Shown here one piece after another: positions 50,004-58,669 of a DNA stretch of 64,000 bases. The stretch spans positions 334 through 64,333 of the forward strand of contig CAYSHH010000005.1 of NCBI GenBank assembly GCA_964430945.1. The letters run 5' to 3'. The position numbers and the translations under genes were made by a program. Origin of the DNA: an uncultured Candidatus Saccharibacteria bacterium. Lineage in GTDB: Bacteria; Patescibacteriota; UBA1384; JAMDBS01; CAYSHH01. The notes below the pieces were generated by a model. That model was not told the origin of the DNA, ran no database searches, and saw only the letters and a list, made by a program, of their open reading frames with translations. Numbering within the stretch: the stretch's first letter is position 1; each line of letters starts with the position of its first letter.

Positions 50004-51461
50004 ATGATCAAAGAAACTACAGATTTTATTGGCGATGCTTTTGAGGGAATAAAAAGTGGAACCAAGGCTTTTACCACTAAACAAACATTAAACCTCGCAA
50101 AAGGTATTATTAAACATGCCTCATATGAGCAAACAGCTCAACTTCTAAAGTTACTAGAGGTAGTTACGCCAGAAAATAGAAAAGGCAATATCAAAGGGAT
50201 ACAAGAAGATTTTGCCAATAAGGGTCCTTGGGCGCTTATGCTTAAAAAACTTATGTCAGAAACAAACCATGATTCTCTGGAAGGTTTTTTTGATAACTTT
50301 GTTGTAAACCAATGTATTTTGGCTGAAGATATTCGTCAGAAATTTGCCAAGAAGGAAGGTTTTACTCCACCATGGTTTTTAGCTATTTCTCCATCTATGC
50401 GTTGTAATCTCAGATGCGTCGGTTGTTATGCTGCGGAATATTCCAAAAAAGATGATTTGCCATATGAAGATTATGACAGACTAATAACTCAATCCAAGAA
50501 AAATGGTATTTACTTTTTTGTAATTCTTGGAGGTGAGCCATTTTTTCATGAAGATAATTATAAAATATTTAGAAAGCATAAAGATTGTTACTTCTTAGTT
50601 TATACTAATGGAACATTGTTAACAGAAAAAAAGATCCAGGAAATTAAGAAATTAAGAAATGTTGCCCCTGCAATATCCATTGAAGGATTTGAAAAAGAAA
50701 CTGCCGAAAGAAGAGGTGAAAAAGTTTGGCAAAAGATCATGGATGCGATGGATGTAATGAAAAAAGAAAAAATGTTGTTCGGGTTTTCAGCAACTTATAC
50801 CAAAAAAAATGCCTCTGTAATTGCTAGCAATAAATTTATTGATTTTATGATAGAGAAAGGATGCTCCTTCGGCTGGGTATTCCAATATATCCCAATTGGC
50901 AAAAAACCGGACATTACTCTTATGGCCACCCCAGAACAAAGAGAAAAGCTAAGAGTCTTTTCACAAAAAGTTCACAAGGAAAAACCAATCTTTATGGCAG
51001 ATTTTTGGAACGATTCACCATATGTTGGCGGATGTATGGCTGGTGGATCATTGTATTTACATATAAATGTAAAAGGCCAAGTTGAACCATGCGTGTTTGT
51101 ACAATTTGCAACTGACAATATCAAAGAGAAATCACTTACCGAATGTTTAAAATCTCCATTTTTTAAGATGCTTCGCGACAAGGGGCAAAGCATTAGATCA
51201 CCTCATAGAAAATCTGATAATATGCTGAGACCCTGCATGATTATAGACAATCCAGAGGTTTTACATGAATGTATTGACGCTTGTGATGCCAAAGCCTCAT
51301 ATGAAAGTGGTGAGCAAATTACTTCTTATAAAGATAATAAGGCTTATAAATATCTCAAAGATGATTATTCTAAAAAATGGGGTAAAATTGCAGATAAAAC
51401 TTGGGACAAGGAAAAGAAAAACTTTAAATATGACTGTGGATATTGTAATAAATGCAAATAG
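50004..51461 (+). CDS. radical SAM / SPASM-domain protein with a ~130-aa N-terminal extension
   Basis: CNLRCVGCY (CxxxCxxC at residues 134/138/141). C-terminal GGCMAGG...PC plus extra Cys clusters (CIDACD; CGYCNKC) typical of SPASM/twitch domains. Confidence 0.8.
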   Translation: MIKETTDFIGDAFEGIKSGTKAFTTKQTLNLAKGIIKHASYEQTAQLLKLLEVVTPENRKGNIKGIQEDFANKGPWALMLKKLMSETNHDSLEGFFDNFVVNQCILAEDIRQKFAKKEGFTPPWFLAISPSMRCNLRCVGCYAAEYSKKDDLPYEDYDRLITQSKKNGIYFFVILGGEPFFHEDNYKIFRKHKDCYFLVYTNGTLLTEKKIQEIKKLRNVAPAISIEGFEKETAERRGEKVWQKIMDAMDVMKKEKMLFGFSATYTKKNASVIASNKFIDFMIEKGCSFGWVFQYIPIGKKPDITLMATPEQREKLRVFSQKVHKEKPIFMADFWNDSPYVGGCMAGGSLYLHINVKGQVEPCVFVQFATDNIKEKSLTECLKSPFFKMLRDKGQSIRSPHRKSDNMLRPCMIIDNPEVLHECIDACDAKASYESGEQITSYKDNKAYKYLKDDYSKKWGKIADKTWDKEKKNFKYDCGYCNKCK

Positions 51462-51486
51462 CACACAGTTGAACCAAGCATAAAAA

Positions 51487-51513
51487 AGTCGCCCTCTCTG
51501 GGGCGATTTTGGT
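51487..51513. terminator. bidirectional terminator
   Basis: tcgccctctctggggcga flanked by A6 and T-rich runs. Confidence 0.6.
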
Positions 51514-51526
51514 TTATAAAAAAGTT

Positions 51527-52102
51527 TTAGAAACAATAATCATCGAATATCGCTTCTGGTAAAATAGCCGTCTTATCAAAACACACAGTTGACAAGACTT
51601 CTTCGAAAATTTCTTCGTTACTTAACGTACCTAAGAAATTATAATACATCTCATCTTCTGGTGTATCAAACATTTCTCTAAGAATGTTCTGACAACTATA
51701 GTATATTTTTACTAGTTCTTCACGTCTTGCTTGTTGATTCATTGATCGCCGAGATATATATTTATATGTATTTTCTATCTCTGGTCTGTAGTAAATAGCT
51801 TGGCCGAGTAATGTAAAATAGTCTTTGATATTACTTATTAGTATCTTCCCATGACATATTTCAGATACAACTTGCCTCAATTCTTCCTCACTCGAAAAAA
51901 CGATATTTCTTTCTGATGTTTCATTAGAAAAATTCAAATTTACTTTAACGAATTCAAGCGTATCCTCAATGAGAATATCTCTATAATGCGTATTACACCC
52001 AAAGAATTGGAATCCACGAGAATAAAACTTTCTCGTCAAAAAACCTATAAGTGCATTTGTTGCATAATCGTCAATTGCAGATTTTTTACCCACATTATTC
52101 AC
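51527..52102 (-). CDS. hypothetical cytoplasmic protein, last gene of the ABC-2 operon
   Basis: 191 aa, 5 Cys, no recognisable motif. Confidence 0.5.
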   Translation of the reverse strand: MNNVGKKSAIDDYATNALIGFLTRKFYSRGFQFFGCNTHYRDILIEDTLEFVKVNLNFSNETSERNIVFSSEEELRQVVSEICHGKILISNIKDYFTLLGQAIYYRPEIENTYKYISRRSMNQQARREELVKIYYSCQNILREMFDTPEDEMYYNFLGTLSNEEIFEEVLSTVCFDKTAILPEAIFDDYCF

Positions 52103-52116
52103 CCCTTATAAAAATT

Positions 52117-52926
52117 TTATTCAGTCTTTCGAAAAGACTGTAGGCCCAAAACAATCATGAGTGTTGCGAATACGATTATAATAAGTAGATCGATTCTAAT
52201 TGTTAAGGATTGGCCTAGTATATCAATTCCCAAAGACTGAATCAAACTTTCTTTGACGCCAGAATTGAGCAGTACGATCTGGCGCAATAAGTCTACTGCA
52301 TAAGTTACGGGATTCAGACGAACAAATATATTGAGCCACTCAGGTAGATTTGATATTGGAAAAAGTGCACCCGAAAGAAAATACATTGGCATGACAACGA
52401 ATTGGAATACTAAAGAAGCTCCTTCTGATGACTTTAGACGTGATGCGATAAGTACTCCTAATGACGTGAGGGCGAAAGATATTAAAAACATTGCTGGTAT
52501 AAGAAGCATAACCATTTTTAGATTTATTTCTATACCAACTATCGGAGCTAGAATCAAAATTATTAGCGCTTGTAAAAATGCGGTAGTTGCACCACCAAGG
52601 GTTTTTCCGATAGCAATAGCACCGCGAGAGATAGGCGCAACTAATATTTCTCGTAGAAATCCAAACTCTCGGTCGGTAACTATCGAGATTGAAGAAAAAA
52701 GAGAAGTAAATATTAAATTCATGGCGATGATTCCTGGAAAAACATAAATCATATAATCAATTCCTTCTCCACCGACGATCTGAAGTGATGAGCTCATACC
52801 AGTGCCAAAAAACACCAGCCAAATAATTGGAAAAGCTAGGCCAGAGATTACCCTGACTTTATTTCTCCAGTATCGAAGAATATCGCGATACCAAATAATA
52901 TATATTACTTTGACTTTTCCCCACAT
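52117..52926 (-). CDS. ABC-2 type transporter permease
   Basis: 269 aa, 6 TM helices, ABC-2 family layout. Confidence 0.75.
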   Translation of the reverse strand: MWGKVKVIYIIWYRDILRYWRNKVRVISGLAFPIIWLVFFGTGMSSSLQIVGGEGIDYMIYVFPGIIAMNLIFTSLFSSISIVTDREFGFLREILVAPISRGAIAIGKTLGGATTAFLQALIILILAPIVGIEINLKMVMLLIPAMFLISFALTSLGVLIASRLKSSEGASLVFQFVVMPMYFLSGALFPISNLPEWLNIFVRLNPVTYAVDLLRQIVLLNSGVKESLIQSLGIDILGQSLTIRIDLLIIIVFATLMIVLGLQSFRKTE

Positions 52927-53732
52927 CAGTATTTTCCTTTCTTGGCTTTATCGGCCATGTTTGCTCGATACATATCTTCTTTTGATGCTTCTTTATCTCT
53001 TATTGAATCGCCAGTAATAGATAAGAATATATCTTCGACAGTACTTTTGTTGTATTTTTCTTTAAGTTTTTTAGGTGAACCAATTTCGATAATTTTTCCT
53101 TGGTCTATAATAGCTATTTTTCCACAGAGTTCCGTTTCTGCGAGATAATGAGTGGTTAAGAATATTGTAATTTTTTCTTTCTTTTGAAGTGTGGCGATAT
53201 AATCCCAAATGTGTTTTCTAGTTTGAGGGTCAAGTCCCAAAGTTGGTTCATCAAGGAAAAGTACTTTTGGATGATGAACTAGACCACGAGCAATTTCCAA
53301 GCGCCTTTTCATACCACCAGAAAATGTTTTAACTAAAAGATCTTTTTTATCCCAAAGATCAACAAGATCAAGTACGTCCTTGATCCTGTCTTTCAATACT
53401 TGTCGACTAACGTTATAAAGTATCCCATGGAATGATAGATTTTCGTAGGCAGTAAGCTCAAGATCAAGCGTAGGTTCTTGAAAGACTATTCCTAAGTTTT
53501 CTCGGACTTTATCTTTTTTTCTTTTTAGATCATAACCATTTATAATTGCTGTGCCAGAAGTAGGAGCAAGAAGTGTAGTGAGTATACTAATCGTAGTGGT
53601 TTTTCCTGCACCATTTGGCCCTAAAAAACCAAATACTTCACCTTCCTTCACATCAAATGAAATATTGTCTACCGCAGTAAACTTATCAAATTTTTTAGTT
53701 AGATCTTTAACTTCAATAATATTTTTAGACAT
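52926..53732 (-). CDS. ABC transporter ATP-binding protein (ABC-2/DrrA-like)
   Basis: GPNGAGKTTT Walker A, FSGGMKRRLEIARGL signature, LDEPT Walker B. Confidence 0.85.
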   Translation of the reverse strand: MSKNIIEVKDLTKKFDKFTAVDNISFDVKEGEVFGFLGPNGAGKTTTISILTTLLAPTSGTAIINGYDLKRKKDKVRENLGIVFQEPTLDLELTAYENLSFHGILYNVSRQVLKDRIKDVLDLVDLWDKKDLLVKTFSGGMKRRLEIARGLVHHPKVLFLDEPTLGLDPQTRKHIWDYIATLQKKEKITIFLTTHYLAETELCGKIAIIDQGKIIEIGSPKKLKEKYNKSTVEDIFLSITGDSIRDKEASKEDMYRANMADKAKKGKY

Positions 53733-53854
53733 AAGTACTACTTATTATATGTAAACTTTTACATTGAGGCAAATACATGTTTTTTATCCTTTACATTGAT
53801 TGGATTAAATAGTATACTTATCTCTTATTTTGATCTTTGAAAGGAAGTGTTTTT

Positions 53855-54802
53855 GTGTTTGAGAATTTGATTGTAGAACTGTCTGGTGATAAAAATCGCC
53901 TTACTGATAGAATCAGTGCACTAACAAAGTTTGCTCAAGGAATTAAAAAAATAAATATTTATGCCGTAATTAACTATGGGCATGAATATTTACTGGAAAA
54001 GGTTATCGAAGAAAAAAGCATAGATAACATTGAGGTATATAACTCAACTTGCCCAGAAGATATTGCGATTGATCTACTTAATAGATTGAGTAATGCAGTG
54101 TTGGTCTCAGCTGGAGATACCAATACTATCGTTACGAAGTCATTCAAAAAGATAAAAACAATATATAGAAAAACCAAGCCGATATTGGCGAATACTTTTC
54201 CAAAAATCAAAGGGCATGTGTTGGTTGCTGATATTGGGGCGACCATAAAACCAGACTTGTTCTGGGTTGCCTTGGTTTGTAGGGCAGTAGCCGAATCTAT
54301 CTATGGCAAATCTAGGCTCGCAATGCTCAATATCGGGGAGGAAAATTACAAAGGGGAAAAAGATATACAAGAGTTAAATCAGAAACTATGCGCTATACTC
54401 GATGACGAGTTTCTCGGAAATAGGGAAATTAACGTCGTCGTAGGCGATCCAGAGATTAATGCTCTGGTAATGAGTGGGGCAGATGGCAATAAAACCATCA
54501 AAGCCTATGAAGCAGCATTTGAACTTATAAGAGGTAAGGTTTTAAATTCCTGGTGGGGTTTTGTAGGTACCCCATTGCTTTATCTTTTGAAGAAAATATT
54601 TCTCTCTGAGCTAGATTGGAGAGTATATTCTGGAGCCTGGCTTTTGGGGATGCAAAAGCCAATTCTTGTCACACACGGAAGATGTGACAAAAGAGCGTTT
54701 TATAATGCTCTGGTTAGGGCGACAGACCCAATAGTGGAAAAAATTTGGCAGGCGGTCGATAATGATCGTTTGCTTAATAAACATTTTACAAAACGCAAAT
54801 AG
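53855..54802 (+). CDS. PlsX/phosphate acyltransferase-family protein
   Basis: AMLNIGEENYKGEKD and LLGMQKPILVTHGRCDK resemble the PlsX/Pta fold motifs. GTG start 7 nt after AAGGAAG. Confidence 0.5.
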   Translation: MFENLIVELSGDKNRLTDRISALTKFAQGIKKINIYAVINYGHEYLLEKVIEEKSIDNIEVYNSTCPEDIAIDLLNRLSNAVLVSAGDTNTIVTKSFKKIKTIYRKTKPILANTFPKIKGHVLVADIGATIKPDLFWVALVCRAVAESIYGKSRLAMLNIGEENYKGEKDIQELNQKLCAILDDEFLGNREINVVVGDPEINALVMSGADGNKTIKAYEAAFELIRGKVLNSWWGFVGTPLLYLLKKIFLSELDWRVYSGAWLLGMQKPILVTHGRCDKRAFYNALVRATDPIVEKIWQAVDNDRLLNKHFTKRK

Positions 54803-54821
54803 CCTTCGGGCTATTTTTTTT
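54797..54821 (+). terminator. intrinsic terminator
   Basis: atagccttcgggctat followed by T8. Confidence 0.65.
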
Positions 54822-54900
54822 ATTTCTCAAATTTATCCCGGAATATTTGCTGTACTCTTTTGGATAAGTTTTTGTATTAATAAATAACAAAACAAAAAAT

Positions 54901-55626
54901 ATGAAAAAAAATATAATATATTTACTACTTATCATTTCAACATTTTTATCTATTTACTCTCCAAAAGTTTATGCTTGGGATGATTGTCCCAAGGGAGAAG
55001 TTGATGATCCATATCCTGGAGATTGCTCCCGATATATTGATACTGATGATGATGGAATTTGTGATCGTTCACAGGTCGCTCCTGAAGATAGAGTAGCTGA
55101 GGGGATTGATGAAAATACAAAAAATGAACCTCCTACAACAATTCCTGCTTATAAAACCTATGCTACAGATACCACTTCAACATCCACAACTGCCGATACA
55201 GCAAGCCAGACAAAAACACAATCCGATGGAACCAAAGAGAAATCAACTGGTTCAAAATATAATTTCTGGACGATATTTATCTCGCTGATAATTGTCTACG
55301 CCATGAGCCTTGTACTATCGAAGACGAAAATGATAAGTACTGTAACACATAAAAAATTGTGGAATGTAATATTGCTCATTACATTTTTACTAAGTGGAAT
55401 TACTGGACTATTACTAACAATTCAAATCGATAATCCTGCTTTGATCTCACTACCACAAAACTTCCTTTTTTTGCATGTCGAATTTGGTGTCGCTATGGCA
55501 TTGATCTCAATATTTCACATCATTTGGCACTGGCCGTACTATAAGTGCATATTTAAACTGAGGAAAAATTCAAGTAATGATATTTCTTCTTGCAAAGATA
55601 GCTCTCGAGAAGATATAACCAAATAA
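54901..55626 (+). CDS. secreted/membrane protein with a Cys- and Asp-rich N-terminal module
   Basis: Signal peptide ending ...VYA. CPKGEVDDPYPGDCSRYIDTDDDGICD (DxDxDG-like). T/S-rich linker, then 3 C-terminal TM helices. Confidence 0.5.
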   Translation: MKKNIIYLLLIISTFLSIYSPKVYAWDDCPKGEVDDPYPGDCSRYIDTDDDGICDRSQVAPEDRVAEGIDENTKNEPPTTIPAYKTYATDTTSTSTTADTASQTKTQSDGTKEKSTGSKYNFWTIFISLIIVYAMSLVLSKTKMISTVTHKKLWNVILLITFLLSGITGLLLTIQIDNPALISLPQNFLFLHVEFGVAMALISIFHIIWHWPYYKCIFKLRKNSSNDISSCKDSSREDITK

Positions 55627-55629
55627 TTT

Positions 55630-56250
55630 TTGTTATATTTAGACACATATTATTTTTGTGATAACATTGTACATATGAAGATACCAATAAAACATTTGAC
55701 CACCCACGAGACCAAGCAACATTCTCTTAAAAGGTTTTTAATTGTTCTTATTATTTTAGTTTTTTATACAGCCTTTTTAGTTTATAAATTTGGTAGCGAT
55801 GGTTTTAGTTTGGGAATTCTCACTTGGAGTGCTTTTCTTATGGCTACGCCAATTGCTGATGCGGGAATACTCGTTGACTTGCCAATAAGGATACTTTTGG
55901 GTGTTCGTATGGTTTATACCGAAATTATAGTTTGGATAATTGGAATATCAGTAAATATTTATTTTGTTTTGTTTAATTCTAATGTTTATCATAAAACACT
56001 TATTACCGAAACTTTCTACCAAATACTTACAAAGCCTTGGCCAAATTGGATAATTATATTTCTTTCTCTTGGCGGGACGTTTCTATCACTTTATTTTGGT
56101 GACGAGCTTCTGGATGTAGTATTTTTTCATGAACGCAAAAAATATCTTAAACATCGAAAATATTTTTATTATATTTTTATCCTATTTGCAATATTCTTGT
56201 TTTATTTTTCTTATAAATATTTCTTATCCTGGTTTGGACTTAAAATATAG
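55630..56250 (+). CDS. polytopic membrane protein, hypothetical
   Basis: 206 aa with 5-6 TM helices. The start could instead be the internal MKIPIKHL. Confidence 0.45.
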   Translation: MLYLDTYYFCDNIVHMKIPIKHLTTHETKQHSLKRFLIVLIILVFYTAFLVYKFGSDGFSLGILTWSAFLMATPIADAGILVDLPIRILLGVRMVYTEIIVWIIGISVNIYFVLFNSNVYHKTLITETFYQILTKPWPNWIIIFLSLGGTFLSLYFGDELLDVVFFHERKKYLKHRKYFYYIFILFAIFLFYFSYKYFLSWFGLKI

Positions 56251-56254
56251 ATAT

Positions 56255-56761
56255 ATGAAAATTTATATATTTGGTGGACCAGGAAGTGGCAAAACTACAT
56301 TAGCTAAAAAGTTTTCTAAGGAATATCATATTCCATTTTTCGAGCTTGATAAACTACTTTACAAAGTTGTTAATAAAAGAAATGAAAAAATTGAAGAAGA
56401 AAAGAGAAAACTCATTATAAAAGATTTTATAAAAAAAGATAATTGGATCACTGAGGGAGTATATAGGCAAGATTGGTTAAATCTGATTTTAAAGGAATCA
56501 AATTATGTTTTTATCTTGATCGTTCCAAAACATATTCGAAACTGGAGGACTACTGCAAGAACTATCAAAAGAATGTTTGGAATCGAAAAATCCTATCACG
56601 AGTCAAATATTAAGCTCATCTTTGATTTTATAAAATTTAATAATGAATTTGAGCGCGAAAGATATGACGAGTTTACAAATAGACTTAAGAAGCTTAAAAT
56701 AAAACCTATAATAATCTATAATTATCAAGATATTAAAAATATCTTAAATAAAAATAATTAA
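56255..56761 (+). CDS. P-loop NTPase, adenylate-kinase/FlaR-like
   Basis: MKIYIFGGPGSGKTTLAKKF Walker A at the extreme N-terminus. 168 aa. The ORF-track N-terminus is an out-of-context extension. Confidence 0.6.
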   Translation: MKIYIFGGPGSGKTTLAKKFSKEYHIPFFELDKLLYKVVNKRNEKIEEEKRKLIIKDFIKKDNWITEGVYRQDWLNLILKESNYVFILIVPKHIRNWRTTARTIKRMFGIEKSYHESNIKLIFDFIKFNNEFERERYDEFTNRLKKLKIKPIIIYNYQDIKNILNKNN

Positions 56762-56826
56762 TATTTTATGGCGTTATCAGTCGACATAGCAAAAACTTAG
56801 TAACGAAAATTCCTTTTCAGACTAAA

Positions 56827-56907
56827 ATGAAGGTTCCAAAACCCAGAAAAGCACGAAAAATCGTAAAAAGAAATAAATTTGGACAGATTATAAAAACTAG
56901 ATTATAA
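56827..56907 (+). CDS. 26-aa K/R-rich peptide (copy 1 of a duplicated element)
   Basis: Reads MKVPKPRKARKIVKRNKFGQIIKTRL. A diverged paralogous copy lies at 57555..57635. Followed by a terminator. Confidence 0.35.
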   Translation: MKVPKPRKARKIVKRNKFGQIIKTRL

Positions 56908-56910
56908 AAT

Positions 56911-56941
56911 TAAAAACCACAGCGGGTGCTGCGGTTTTTTA
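56911..56941. terminator. bidirectional terminator
   Basis: aaaaaccacagcgggtgctgcggtttttt. Confidence 0.55.
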
Positions 56942-57064
56942 CGATTTGAAAAAAACATTTGTCGGTTCTACTTTCTCCGACTTTATCGGGTACCAAGCCT
57001 CTTGGGAAAAAGACGGTTACCATATTAGGGTTTAGCTCCAATTCCTCTATAGAGGTAGTGGCAT

Positions 57065-57358
57065 TTATTTCACCTCCTCTTTTTTGTAGTTTTTTGCCAA
57101 GTAATTTTTCAGCCAAATGGGCTTAATCACATTTGGATCTTTCAGCCAACACTTGAGCCCATAGACATAAATTGACGAGTAATATATGCTAAGGAAAAAT
57201 ATTCCCCACTGCTTATTTGTATATGTGGTGACAAACCAGAATGGTTGCGCTAAGAGAGCAAAAACCATTCCCAATATATTTGTCCGTGCTATGTAATATG
57301 CTGATAACATCGTAAATGCGACGAGGAAAAATTGGATAATAGTGTCTGTATTAAACAA
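57065..57358 (-). CDS. small membrane protein, hypothetical
   Basis: 97 aa with 3 TM helices. TTG start 9 nt after GGAGGT. Confidence 0.5.
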   Translation of the reverse strand: MFNTDTIIQFFLVAFTMLSAYYIARTNILGMVFALLAQPFWFVTTYTNKQWGIFFLSIYYSSIYVYGLKCWLKDPNVIKPIWLKNYLAKNYKKEEVK

Positions 57359-57554
57359 GAAAATCGACCTCCTTATATTGTTAGTGTGCTGGAATTATAT
57401 TTAACCAGAAAAAGTCACTATTGTCAACCTATTATATGGTTGAAATTAAAGCTATTTATAGATATAATTACGATGACTAAAGAAAGGATTTAACCTTGAG
57501 TTTACAAATCGGCATACTCAACACACAATAAGACAAATTCCTTTTGAAATTAAA

Positions 57555-57635
57555 ATTAAACTAAAACCTCCGAGAAAAAAGCGGAAGATAATTAAGAGAA
57601 ATAAAATAGGACAGATAATCGAAGCAAAAGTATAA
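57555..57635 (+). other. paralog of the 26-aa K/R-rich peptide ORF (copy 2; ATT in place of ATG)
   Basis: In-frame IKLKPPRKKRKIIKRNKIGQIIEAKV with the stop at the equivalent position. One in-frame codon insertion relative to copy 1. Ends 3 nt before ATG 57639. Confidence 0.3.
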
Positions 57636-57638
57636 AAA

Positions 57639-58142
57639 ATGAATCTAAATCAAGTATACGTTTTTAATAATTTTAACAATATTAACTGGGTTGAAGTGCT
57701 TGTTACTGGGTTTTTTACTTTTTTAGCAGTTTATATCGCATATTATTTGGAAAATAGACGCTTAAGGAATGAAAGAAAAAATAAATTTATCAATCTCCTT
57801 AAATCACTAAAAAGTGAGTTATTAGGTAATCAAAACCAACTAAAAATTGCATTAAAAAATTACAAGAAACAACCAATATCTTTTCAAAAATTAACTGTTA
57901 ATATACAAAATTTCCCAATATCTCTAGAAATTATTAAATCTTTTATGAATAATTCTCTCATTTATGAGTTTTTGCCTGATTATGCAATAAGAGAAATATG
58001 GAACGCATTAACAGAAACTAGAAAAGCAAGAGAACATCAAGTCAAACAAACATTTTATTTTAAAATAAAAGTTGAGGAACTACTTGATTTATTAGAGGAA
58101 AATATAAATAAGATAGATAATAAAATCAAGGATTTATACTAA
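57639..58142 (+). CDS. N-terminally anchored hypothetical protein
   Basis: 167 aa. TM helix, then a K/N-rich helical domain. Confidence 0.5.
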   Translation: MNLNQVYVFNNFNNINWVEVLVTGFFTFLAVYIAYYLENRRLRNERKNKFINLLKSLKSELLGNQNQLKIALKNYKKQPISFQKLTVNIQNFPISLEIIKSFMNNSLIYEFLPDYAIREIWNALTETRKAREHQVKQTFYFKIKVEELLDLLEENINKIDNKIKDLY

Positions 58143-58669
58143 TGCATGATATAAATACAAAAAATCCAAAACTTGAACAAGAATATGAAAAAGCAGTTCA
58201 GTTTCTAGTTGAGCATTTCAATAAAACTGGCAATAATCCCAAACCAGTTATTTGGCATAGTATAAAAGTTGGGGTTTCTTTATATCAAAATAATTATTCA
58301 AAGGATATTATCATCGCTGGAATTTTGCACGACTTACTAGAAGATACAAAAGTAGAAGAATCTACAATAGAAAAAGAGTTCGGTACAAAAGTTTTAGAAT
58401 TAGTAAAAGTAAATACTTTTGACAATACTAATCCTAATAAGCTTCAACGATGTATTGATATGTATGATAAATGCAAAGAATATGGTAAAGATGCACTTAT
58501 TATAAAAGCTACTGATATATTAGATAACTCGGGTTTCTTTATCTATGCAGACAGTGAAGCAAAAGAATATTTAATTAAAAAATGGAATTATTTTTTAAAA
58601 ATTTCTAGAAAAGAAATTGGTCAAGAAAAAGTTTGGAATAAATTAAAAGATAGGTTAGGAAAACTATGA
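58142..58669 (+). CDS. HD-domain hydrolase, RelA/SpoT-type (small alarmone hydrolase-like)
   Basis: IIAGILHDLLEDT matches the (p)ppGpp-hydrolase HD motif. 175 aa, no synthetase domain. Confidence 0.6.
   Translation: MHDINTKNPKLEQEYEKAVQFLVEHFNKTGNNPKPVIWHSIKVGVSLYQNNYSKDIIIAGILHDLLEDTKVEESTIEKEFGTKVLELVKVNTFDNTNPNKLQRCIDMYDKCKEYGKDALIIKATDILDNSGFFIYADSEAKEYLIKKWNYFLKISRKEIGQEKVWNKLKDRLGKL

Noticed and set aside
56910-57116. 68-aa minus-strand ORF
   Set aside because: It overlaps the 3' end of the better-supported 57065..57358 gene and runs through the bidirectional terminator.
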